64,000 nt of DNA, taken from Macrostomum lignano. Its lineage: Eukaryota. Position numbers and translations under genes: made by a program. Positions 13,123-24,021 of the stretch are shown piece by piece. Location of the stretch: positions 62,001 to 126,000 of the forward strand of contig NIVC01002707.1 in NCBI GenBank assembly GCA_002269645.1, written 5' to 3'. The stretch's first letter is position 1. The number at the start of each line of letters is the position of its first letter. Under the pieces are notes generated by a model, which was not told where the DNA came from, made no database searches, and worked only from the letters and a program-made list of their open reading frames with translations.

Positions 13123-13555
13123 TACTAAGTAAGTAAGTATATACAACCGTAATTATCTTTCCAACTGGACTAAACTAACTAAGCCAGCCTGCGTGCGCTA
13201 ACCACAAGTGTCTGAAAAAGCAGTGTTGTCTTGCAAAAGGTGAATTGAAAGCTACGGGGCCAGAGAGAAAGAGCCATGAAAGTAAAGCGCCAAACTAAGG
13301 GCGGCATTGAATTTCAGCTATTTTTGTCCCAACTTTTTCCTTCTCTCTGCTTCCTCTCTGGCTTCTTCAACAGGATTGGCCGCCGCTGCCATTGGTCCCC
13401 TTGACGTCGCCAGAGTCAGTGCAGAGCTCAAAGAGTCCCTAGCCGTCAGCTATATCTGGCTGTAATCGGCAATAGGGGCGGAGCTTCCGAGAGCCGCGAC
13501 CATCAAGTTCAGTACCTAGACACCGACAGCGAAGCCAAACTCAGTCTCAGCACCA

Positions 13556-14871
13556 ATGTCCTGTCTGAACCAGAGCTGGCACAGCATGCAACAGCCGGGC
13601 GGGAGCACCCAACTGGCTCTGGGCGCAGTAACTTGCGCTGTGATGTCACTAATCACCTTGGAGACCGTTGCCGGCAATCTACTGGTGATCGCATCCGTGA
13701 TGAAATTCCGCAGACTGCACTCCCGCAACTGCTTCCTGCTGCTGGCCTCGCTAGCCTCTGCCGACGTCGCCATCGGGCTGCTGGTGATGCCCTACTCGGC
13801 GCTGTACAGTTTCCTCGGCTGCTGGCCGCTCGGCGACTTCTACTGCAAATTCTTTCTCTCGGCCGACATCATGTGCTGCACGTCCAGCATCCTGCACCTG
13901 TGCCTCATCAGTCTGGACCGCTACATTGCCGTTACAAGTCCGCTGCACTACAAGTCCGCCGTTCGACCCCGCCGGATTTGGGCCGCCGTGGCCTTCGTCT
14001 GGTCAATCAGCATCGGCCTGAGCTTCGGCCCCGTGTTCTCCGGCACCTTCAGCTTTGAGCAGCGCATCGGCTCGGCTGCTGTCCCGTCCGCAGCTGAGAA
14101 CGCGACCGCAGACGTCCCCGGGCAGTGCCAAATGTCCGTCAACCGTATCTATGCCGTGGTCTCTGCGCTGACCTCGTTCTTCCTGCCGCTGCTGGTGATG
14201 ACCGCAGCCTACATCCGGGTGCACCGCATCGCCGCCGATCACTCGCAGGTCACCAGGCAAAGGAAGGCGGCCGCATCAGCCGGGACAGCTTCCGCCGCCG
14301 TGTCTCGCCAGATTAACAGCGAGTCCAAGGCTACTAAGACGCTTGGGCTGATTTTGGGTGAGTGCCGACTTGCATCGTGTCTTTTTTGATGAATGGAAAC
14401 CATGTCATTAGCACGGTTTCAAAGACAACTCAGCACCAAGATCACGCTATCAACATCGCAGGCTGCTTCTACGCCTGCTGGTTCCCGTTCTTCCTGATGT
14501 ACATCGCCTGCCCGTTCACGCTGGACAACTGCTCCAGCCTGCCAGCCTGGGCGGTCACCCTGATCACGTGGATCGGGTACGCCAACTCGGGCATCAACCC
14601 GCTGCTCTACGGCTCCAACCAGCGCGAATTCCGCCTGGCCTACCTGCGCCTGCTCGGCTGCCGTCGCGAGTCCGATCTGCGCTACCTGCGGTCGGACAGG
14701 CGCACCGCGCTCAGCTTGTACCGGCGCACCGCCGCCGGGCTGAGGCCGACTGGCACTGCCGACCTGCAGCTGCGTCGGGCCGCCGTCATCGCCGCCTGGG
14801 GTGTCGGCGCTACCCGGGTGCCGGCGGCGACAACTTCCATGGCGGCTAACAGCGGAGAGACTGCAGTCTGA
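13556..14871 (+). CDS. Class A biogenic-amine GPCR, octopamine-beta/D1-dopamine-like (403 aa; exons 13556-14357, 14462-14871)
   Basis: Seven hydrophobic segments. TM3 Asp in ADIMCCTSSILHLCLISLDRY; TM5 Ser pair in VSALTSFFLP; ESKATKTLGLILG; CWFPFF with Tyr at 6.55; WIGYANSGINPLLY (NPxxY). Phase-1 GT-AG intron 14358-14461 joins the two ORFs. Confidence 0.92.
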
Positions 14872-14977
14872 CTAGCGAAGAGATTGACTGACACTCTGAC
14901 TAGCGGAGAGATTGACTGACCCTCTATTGAATTAAATTTGCCCTGGACTCTTCAAAACTTGATTGTCATAATTGTAT

Positions 14978-15335
14978 ATTGCAGATTTTAGCAGTACCCA
15001 CGGCAGATTGCAGCTATGGCCTATGGCAGATTGTAGCAGTACCCACGGCAGATTGCAGCTATGGTCTATGGCAGATTGCAGTACCCACGGCAAACTGCAG
15101 CTATATGGTCTATGGCAGATTGTAGCAGTACCCACGGCAGATTGCAGCTATGGTCTATGGCAGATTGTAGCAGTACCTACGGCAGACTGTAGCTATGGTT
15201 AATGGCAGATTGCAGTACCCGCGGCAGACTGCAGCTATATGGTCTGTGGCAGATTGTAGCAGTACCCACGACAGACTGCAGCTATGGTCTGTGGCAGATT
15301 GTAGCAGTACCCACGGCAGACTGCAGCTATGGTCT
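14978..15335. repeat. Minisatellite, ~45-bp unit (two 22-23-bp subunits), 3' of the GPCR
   Basis: GGCAGATTGTAGCAGTACCCAC + GGCAGATTGCAGCTATGGTCTAT repeated. Confidence 0.9.
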
Positions 15336-15594
15336 GTCACTATGGAAACAAGATCTTAAACTTGTCATTTTATCTTGTTGGACTTAAACACGCTCGCAAT
15401 TCTTGTACATGAAATTTCACTGTTGCGATCCGAAATATCGAATTTATGACAGTTTGCTTCTATTTGCAAATATCCGGCTCGTAATGCTGCACCCTGCATA
15501 GCAGCCTCTGTTCTTTCTAATCTTTTTAGGAATCAATACTCAATATAGTGCATGTAATTGTTTGAGGTACAGAAAAACAGAACCAGTGGATGAA

Positions 15595-16075
15595 TGGGAG
15601 AGACAGGAATGATAGAAGTGAGAAGAGTGACAGGAGTGACAGAAGCAAAAACAGTGACAGGAGTGAAAATAGTGACAGAAGTGAAAAGAGTGACAGAAGT
15701 GACAAGAGTGACAGAAGCAAAAAGAGTGACAGAAGTGACAAGAGTGACAGAAGCAAAAAGAGTGACAGAAGTGAAAAGAGTGACAGAAGTGAAAAGAATG
15801 ACAGAAGTGAAAAGAGTGACAGAAGTGAAAAGAGTGACAGAAGTGAAAAGAGTGACAGAAGTGAAAAGAGTGACACAAGTGATAAGAGTGACGCAAGTAA
15901 AGAGTGGAAGAAGTGAAAAGAGTGACACAAGTGATAAGAGTGACACAAGTGAAGAGTGGAAGAAGTGAAAAGAGTGACACAAGTGAAGAGTGGAAGAAGT
16001 GAAAGGAGTGAAAAGAGTGATAAGAGTGACAGAGACAGAAGTGAAGAGTGAAAGGAGTGAAAGAGTGATTGGCAA
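15595..16075. repeat. Minisatellite, 18-bp unit
   Basis: AGTGACAGAAGTGAAAAG and variants. Confidence 0.9.
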
Positions 16076-16949
16076 TATACAGCAGGAATTACAGAAAAGA
16101 AGAGATGCTCGTAAGAAGTGAAAAGAGCTGTGCCAGTAGGTAATGAAGATTATGAAATTCGTTAAAGGCCAAGGCTCCATCCCTGCCAGAAAAAGCTGAC
16201 TGTTTGGCCTCATCAATTTCTTTCTAGGCAGGCAAGGGTAATATTTTCTGGCGAAGGAAAAAATGCGAATTTTCTTTCATTTTTTGCCAGAGTCTTCTCC
16301 AGGAAATTCTCTCGTTTCTTCTCCATCTCCCTGATTTTCCTATTTCGTGAGCAGTCTGCATCAGGACCCGGGCGTTCCCAGCCTCAGCTTCCCCAACCAA
16401 TTAGTGAAATTCAATTCCTCGTCTTTGGAAGACAATTATCTGTATTTGTCGGGATTTCTCCCGGTAGTGACGAGTCTGCGACACTTAGATTCGCCATCGT
16501 AAATTCTGACCTCAATTCCGAGAGCCAAAAAACTTTTTAGCGAATCTCTGCACTAATAAAGGGCTTTCTGCCACTTTGGTCAGCTCAAAATTCATATTTA
16601 TTTCTTTAGCATTATCATTCTTTCGATGCTCAGAGCCGTCTCCTGAAGCAGAAACTCTAGAAGCATGAATTTTTGTTGCCCCTCCCGATGGGATGGAAAA
16701 TTTCAAACTCGGGACTGGCAGAATTCAATTTCGAATCTGTCCATCTGCCTGATTTGCCTGCAGAGAAGGCGATGAATAATCCGCAATATCCCCTTACCAA
16801 AAATGGTAACTGAAAAATCTTCGGCTAAAAAGTACTTCTACATTTTTTGTTAGAGCACGCACATCGATATGCGCGCAAAAAACCTTTTTTAAACATTAAA
16901 CGGCAGTTTGACGATTTTAAATTTATTAGGGGTAATAACTACTAAAGTA

Positions 16950-17525
16950 GCTGTCAGTGTGGCGCTGATGCAGTTGTTGGTGTGGCGCTGATGCAGCTGT
17001 CAGTGTGGCGCTGATGCAGCTGTCAGTGTGGCGCTGATGCAGCTGTCAGTGTGGCGCTGATGCAGCTGTCAGTGTGGCGCTGATGCAGTTGTCAGTGTGG
17101 CGCTGATGCAGTTGTCAGTGTGGCGCTGATGCAGTTGTCAGTGTGGCGCTGATGCAGCTGTCAGTGTGGCGCTGATGCAGCTGTCAGTGTGGCGCTGATG
17201 CAGTTGTCAGTGTGGCGCCAAAGTGGCTGTCAGTGTGGCGCAAAAGCGGCTGTCAGTGTGGCACCAAAGCGGCTGTCAGTGTGGCGCTGATGCAGCTGTC
17301 AGTGTGGCGCTGATGTAGCTGTCAGTGTGGCGCTGATGTAGCTGTCAGTGTGGCGCTGATGCAGTTGTCAGTGTGGCGCCAAAGCAGCTGTCAGTGTGGC
17401 GCTGATGTAGCTGTCAGTGTGGCGCCAAAGCAGCTGTCAGTGTGGCGCTGATGCAGTTGTCAGTGTGGCGCTGATGTAGCTGTCAGTGTAGCGCTGATGT
17501 AGCTGTCAGTGTGGCGCCAAAGCAG
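16950..17525. repeat. Minisatellite, 23-bp unit
   Basis: GCTGTCAGTGTGGCGCTGATGCA repeated. Confidence 0.95.
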
Positions 17526-18131
17526 CTCCAGACGAGCGTACAACAGTAGTGAAATTGAGAAAAACTGCAGCTGTTACTGTCCAGCTAAAAATTCGCAGCT
17601 TTAGTTGCTATGCGGGCGGCTACTTGGCGGTCGAGCTAAGCCAAGAATTTCTAATTCAAGCTTTTGAAAGTTCAGCCTACAGCCTCTCTTCAGCTTCGGT
17701 CTCTGACAGTTGCTTTGATGAAGCACCGTAGAGGCAGAGGCCGGCAGAGACGCCAGCCAAGTTTCAATTTATACGCAGCGGATTTGGCTGAGAGAGAAAG
17801 TTCCAGCTGAGTCCAGTTGGGCACTCGTGGGAAATCCTGCTCAAGGCTGTCTGTCTGTCCGGTGGCAACTTCTTTCATTAGCGAAAGAAGACTAAGTGCT
17901 CGGCAGGAAAGGGCCTCGCGGCTTCTATTTGTAATCGGGGTTGGGGCGCAAGGCTTAAAGAGTCGAGAGCTGATGGTCATTTCTGAAGAAGTTGCCAACT
18001 ACGAGTGCCTCTACGCTGCAATAAAATGTCTTGAGAAGTTCTGAAGTGTCTCTAATGCTGCTGACTGGTCTCGAAATTTATTTTTGACAAGTAAGTTTGA
18101 GCTCTGGTTTGTAATGGCTTGTGTGCGAGTG

Positions 18132-19390
18132 CTAGGGTGGGAGTGTTACAGTGTAGGGTGGGAGTGTTACAGTGTAGGGTGGGAGTGTTACAGTGTTAGG
18201 TGGGAGTGTTACAGTGTTGGGTGGGAGTGTTACAGTGGAGGATGGGAGTGTTACAGTGTAGGGTGGGAGTGTTACAGTGTAGGGTTGCAGTGTTACAGTG
18301 GAGGGTGGGAGTGTTACAGTGTAGGGTGGGAGTGTTACAGTGTAGGGTGGGAGTGTTACAGTGTAGGGTGGGAGTGTTACAGTGTTGGGTGGGAGTGTTA
18401 CAGTGGAGGGTGGGAGTGTTACAGTGTAGGGTGGGAGTGTTACAGTGTAGGGTTGCAGTGTTACAGTGTAGGGTGGGAGTGTTACAGTGTAGGGTGGGAG
18501 TGTTACAGTGTAGGGTGGGAGTGTTACAGTGTAGGGTGGGAGTGTTACAATGTTGAGTGGGAGTGTTACAGTGTTGGGTGGGAGTGTTACAGTGTAGGGT
18601 GGGAGTGTTACAATGTTGAGTGGGAGTGTTACAGTGTTGGGTGGGAGTGTTACAGTGTAGGGTGGGAGTGTTACAGTGTAGGGTGGGAGTGTTACAGTGG
18701 AGGGTGGGAGTGTTACAGTGTTGGGTGGGAGTGTTACAATGTTGAGTGGGAGTGTTACAGTGTAGGGTGGGAGTGTTACAGTGTAGGGTGGGAGTGTTAC
18801 AATGTTGAGTGGGAGTGTTACAGTGTAGGGTGGGGAGTTTTACAGTGGAGGGTGGGAGTGTTACAGTGTAGGGTGGGAGTGTTACAGTGTTGGGTGGGAG
18901 TGTTACAATGTTGAGTGGGAGTGTTACAGTGTTGGGTGGGAGTGTTACAGTGTAGGGTGGGAGTGTTACAATGTTGAGTGGGAGTGTTACAGTGTAGGGT
19001 GGGAGTGTTACAGTGTAGGGTGGGAGTGTTACAGTGGAGGGTGGGAGTGTTACAGTGTAGGGTGGGAGAGTTACAGTGTAGGGTGGGAGTGTTACAGTGG
19101 AGGTTGGGAGTGTTACAGTGGAGGGTGGGGAGTTTTACAGTGTAGGGTGGGAGTGTTACAGTGGAGGGTGGGAGTGTTACAGTGTAGGGTGGGAGTGTTA
19201 CAGTAGAGGGTGGGAGTGTTACAGTGTAGGGTGGGGAGTTTTACAGTGTAGGGTGGGAGTGTTACAGTGGAGGGTGGGAGTGTTACAGTGTTGAGTGGCA
19301 GTGTTACAGTGTAGGGTGGGAGTTTTACAGTGTAGGGTGGGAGTGTTACAGTGTTGAGTGGGAGTGTTACAGTGTTGGGTGGGAGTGTTA
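18132..19390 (+). repeat. Minisatellite, 21-bp unit (G-rich strand on +)
   Basis: GGGTGGGAGTGTTACAGTGTA repeated ~60 times. Confidence 0.95.
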
Positions 19391-20129
19391 GCAAACCCAA
19401 GTTCGAATAGAAAAAGCTAAAGAAGAGAAATAGTGCAGAGTAAAATTTCCTTGCCTGTGCAAGCAGAATCAGTAGAAAGAACTGTTAGCGACATTAAAAT
19501 ATTGTCTAGCAAAAAATGTTTCATGCGATTATTGCCTTGCGTGTCGGTGAGATTTCAGCGGAATCCGAGCAGAAGAATGGCGAGGCTGGTGCAGGACTGA
19601 CCCGGGAGCGAAGCGGGAAGAGTCAGAAGCAGCAGATTATGTCCCACACCGAGCACGCAGGTTTGTTGGCAGATAGGGATAATTAAATTAAGCATAATGA
19701 GCAAGAATTTAATGACAGGAATGGGTCACGCATGGGGGATCGGGTGCTAAAGCAGTGGCCTCAACTAGCACTGCATGCCTTCTGCTTTGATGTTACTCTT
19801 GGGGGCTTTTTTGGGCAGGCAAAAAACGCTGCCTCAGAAAAGCAGAACTCGCTGAAGCAGAAGATCGAACCGCTGATACTTGTATGCGACGAACAGGATT
19901 AAGTCTTACGCGATGAATTTTTTTTACTTTTTATTTTACGTACATGTAGACTCGGAGGATGAGACCTAGAAAAACTGTCATACTCGTTGTTTTTTGTTAC
20001 AAATTTGTATTTTACTTTGACGATAAGGCGATAAGAGGACAGAGATGGGCTGGAAGGGAGTATAGAGAGGGTGGCGGGGAGTTAGTTGGCAGAGGGAATG
20101 TAAGGGACCGAGAGGAGAGGGAGATAGGG

Positions 20130-20800
20130 AAATGGTTGGCGGAGAGATACAGCAAATGACAGAGAGAGGAGGGAGGTGGTTGGCGGAGAGGGACAGCAAA
20201 TGACAGAGAGAGGAGGGAGGTGGTTGGCGGAGAGGGACTGCGAGGGACAGAGAGAGGAGGGAGGTGGTTGGCGGAGAGGGACTGCGAGGGACAGAGAGAG
20301 GAGGTAGGTGGTTGGCGGAGAGGGACTGCGAGGGACAGAGAGAGGAGGTAGGTGGTTGGCGGAGAGGGACTGCAAGGGACAGAGAGAGGAGGGAGGTGGT
20401 TGGCGGAGAGGGACTGCGAGGGACAGAGAGAGGAGGTAGGTGGTTGGCGGAGAGGGACTGCAAGGGAAAGAGAGAGGGGGGAGGTGGTTGGCGGAGAGGG
20501 ACTGCAAGGGACAGAGTGGAGGGAGATGGTTGGTGGAGAGGGACTGCAAGGGACAGAGAGGAGGGAGGTGGTTGGCGGAGAGGGACTTCAAGGGACAGAG
20601 AGGAGGGAGATGGTTGGCGGAGAGGGACTGCAAGGGACAGAGAGGAGGGAGGTGGTTGGCGGAGAGGGACTGCAAGGGACAGAGAGGAGGGAGGTGGTTG
20701 GCGGAGAGGGACTTCAAGGGACAGAGAGGAGGGAGGTGGTTGGCGGAGAGGGACTTCAAGGGACAGAGAGGAGGGAGGTGGTTGGCGGAGAGGGACTGCA
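20130..20800. repeat. Purine-rich minisatellite, 44-46-bp unit
   Basis: GGTGGTTGGCGGAGAGGGACTGC(A/G)AGGGACAGAGAGAGGAGGGA repeated. Confidence 0.9.
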
Positions 20801-21289
20801 ATTCTATCTTTTGTCTATTAAGTCGATAGTCCTTCGCATTATAAACACAAGAAGAACTACAAATAAAAGAAGAGGGGGAATGCTTCTCAAAGAATTTATT
20901 GCTGCTAAATTCAATTTGTTTCTAAACCACGTCTCATTTGCATCTTTGAAGCTGAGACTATCAAATTTGCACTGGCAGCTCCGGCACCGAAAGGTCAATA
21001 CTCGTATCGCACCAGCACTCGGCATGAAGCCACTTTGCTTCACTTTATACTCTAACAGCCTTGCACTCCATTGCCGGCTTTGAGACCCTGTGGCCGCCCA
21101 ATCAGCTGCGACCGCTGCAAATGAAAGCTGGCAGTTGGGGCCGATGGAGTCTGCCTATTTTATAGCGAAGTCTCGTGCATAGAAATTGAATAGTTAGAAG
21201 GCAGGGATATGAGGGGGCAGGGATGATATATGCGAGTCAGGACAGGCCCGGGAAAAGGTCAGGACAGGCATTGATCACCTTCCCTCCCA

Positions 21290-22110
21290 CACTGTAACTC
21301 TCTGTCACTGTAACACTCCCACCCTCCACTGTAACACTCCCACCCTTCACTGTAACACTGCCACCCTACACTGTAACACTCCCACCCTTCACTGTAACAC
21401 TCCCACCCTCCACTGTAACACTCCCACCCTCCACTGTAACACTCCCATCCTACACTGTAACACTCCCACCCTGCACTGTAACACTCCCACCCTACACTGT
21501 AACACTCCCACCCTCCACTGTAACACTGCAACCCTACACTGTAACACTCCCACCCTACACTGTAACACTCCCACCCTACACTGTAACACTCCCACCCTCC
21601 ACTGTAACACTCCCACCCTACACTGTAACACTCCCATCCTACACTGTAACACTCCCACCCTAAACTGTAACACTCCCACCCTCCACTGTAACACTCCCAC
21701 CCTGCACTGTAACACTCCCACCCTACACTGTAACACTCCCACCCTACACTGTAACACTCCCACCCTACACTGTAACACTTCCACCCTCAACTGTAGCACT
21801 CCCACCCTACACTGTAACACTTCCACCCTTCACTGTAACACTCCCACCCTCAACTGTAACACTCCCACCCTCAACTGTAACACTCCCATCCTACACTGTA
21901 ACACTCCCACCCTACACTGTAACACTTCCACCCTCAACTGTAGCACTCCCACCCTACACTGTAACACTCCCACCCTTCACTGTAACACTCCCACCCTACA
22001 CTGTAACACTCCCACCCTACACTGTAACACTCCCACCCTACACTGTAACACTCCCACCCTACACTGTAACACTCCCACCCTACACTGTAACACTCCTACC
22101 CTACACTGTG
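21290..22110 (-). repeat. Minisatellite, same 21-bp unit as 18132-19390 but inverted
   Basis: TACACTGTAACACTCCCACCC repeated. Confidence 0.95.
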
Positions 22111-22127
22111 TAACAGTCAAATCAGGA

Positions 22128-22400
22128 TAGGCACAGGGCAGGGTCAGGACAGGCACAGGGCAGGGTCAGGACAGGCACAGGGCAGGGTCAGGACAGGCAC
22201 AGGGCAGGGTCAGGACAGGCACAGGGCAGGGTCAGGACAGGCACAGGGCAGGGTCAGGACAGGCACAGGGCAGGGTCAGGACAGGCACAGGGCAGGGTCA
22301 GGACAGGCACAGGGCAGGGTCAGGACAGGCACAGGGCAGGGTCAGGACAGGCACAGGGCAGGGTCAGGACAGGCACAGAGCAGGGTCAGGACAGGCACAG
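22128..22400. repeat. Minisatellite, 22-bp unit
   Basis: GGGTCAGGACAGGCACAGGGCA, ~12 copies. Confidence 0.95.
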
Positions 22401-23147
22401 GTCCCGTCAGTCAGCAGTAGGTGACAGCAGAGACGAAGCTGCAGATGCAAAGTACGCCACACCCAAATTCAGCAATACTAAAAGAATGAGCCACATAGCC
22501 AAATTTCTGAATCACACACCTGCCACACACAACGATGAGCATAATATTTTGAAGCATGCAATGTGCAGTTCTTTTTTAATAAATATCATTAAAACCTGGG
22601 ATCACAAGTGGAATACAAAGCAAGTGCACACGCCAAAGGAGGCACGGACAGTCACGGTACAATAGGAATTTAGAAGACGCAAAATGCTTTTCAAAAACAG
22701 AGTAATAGCGAAAACAATTAAAAGAAGACAATTTACAACAAAAAAGCAAATAAAAACAGATATCAGCACATGCTTTCTATAATTTAAAAACGGCAGATAA
22801 TTGTCCCACCGTGCTACTCACTAAAACCATAATATAGTAGTAGTTACCGCATTTTAGGAATACTAAAACAGCTTTAACTTTAAAACAAAACGGAGATTAA
22901 GCAAGCATAATAAGACGAATTTATTTGCCAACAATAGGTATAATTTAGCGGTACAATAGTTTATAGTCATTCTCTTTGTAGTCATAAAGTTACTCAGTTA
23001 TATTGAGTACATTATTAAACTGCCAACAACACTGAAACAGGAAAGCAAAGTCATGGAAACAAAACAGAAAAAAGTAAATGAAAAAAATTGTTTCAATTTT
23101 GACTGGAGAAGAAAATTTGTAAACGTAAAGCAGATTTGTTAATCCGA

Positions 23148-24021
23148 CACCCTCAGCCTTAGTCCCAATCCCACACCAGCTTAATCCCACACCACCCTCA
23201 GCCTGAGTTGGAGCTCAATCCCACACCCTCAGCCTGAGTTGGAGCTCAATCCCACACCCTCAGCCTTAGTCCCAATCCCACACCAGCTTAATCCCACACC
23301 ACCCTCAGCCTGAGTTGGAGCTCAATCCCACACCCTCAGCCTGAGTTGGAGCTCAATCCCACACCCTCAGCCTGAGTTGAAGCTCAATCCCACACCCTCA
23401 GCCTGAGTTGGAGCTCAATCCCACACCCTCAGCCTGAGTTGGAGCTCAATCGCACACTCTCAGCCTGAGTTGGAGCTCAATCCCACACCCTCAGCCTGAG
23501 TTGGAGCTCAATCCCACACCCTCAGCTTGAGTTGGAGCTCAATCTCACACCCTCAGCCTGAGTTGGAGCTCAATCCCACACCCTCAGCCTGAGTTGGAGC
23601 TCAATCCCACACTCTCAGCCTGAGTTGGAGCTCAATGCCACACCCTCAGCCTGAGTTGGAGCTCAATCCCACACCCTCAGCCTGAGTTGGAGCTCAATGC
23701 CACACCCTCAGCCTGAGTTGGAGCTCAATCCCACACCCTCAGCCTGAGTTGGAGCTCAATCCCACACCCTCAGCCTGAGTTGGGGCTCAATCCCACACCC
23801 TCAGCCTGAGTTGGAGCTCAATGCCACACCCTCAGCCTGAGTTGGAGCTCAATGCCACACCCTCAGCTTGAGTTGGAGCTCAATCCCACACCCTCAGCCT
23901 GAGTTGGAGCTCAATGCCACACCCTCAGCCTGAGTTGGAGCTCAATGCCACACCCTCAGCTTGAGTTGGAGCTCAATCCTACACCCTCAGCTTGAGTTGG
24001 AGCTCATTCCCACACCTTCAG
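23148..24021. repeat. Minisatellite, 31-bp unit, in the PICK1 3' UTR abutting the stop codon
   Basis: CCCACACCCTCAGCCTGAGTTGGAGCTCAAT repeated up to the PICK1 TGA (24022-24024). Confidence 0.95.

Noticed and set aside
17660-21200. Non-repetitive spacer ORFs (17690-17998, ~19550-19900, 20804-21043) and likewise 12567-12914 and 54061-54388
   Set aside because: No recognisable motifs, no host-like codon bias and no consistent splice structure.
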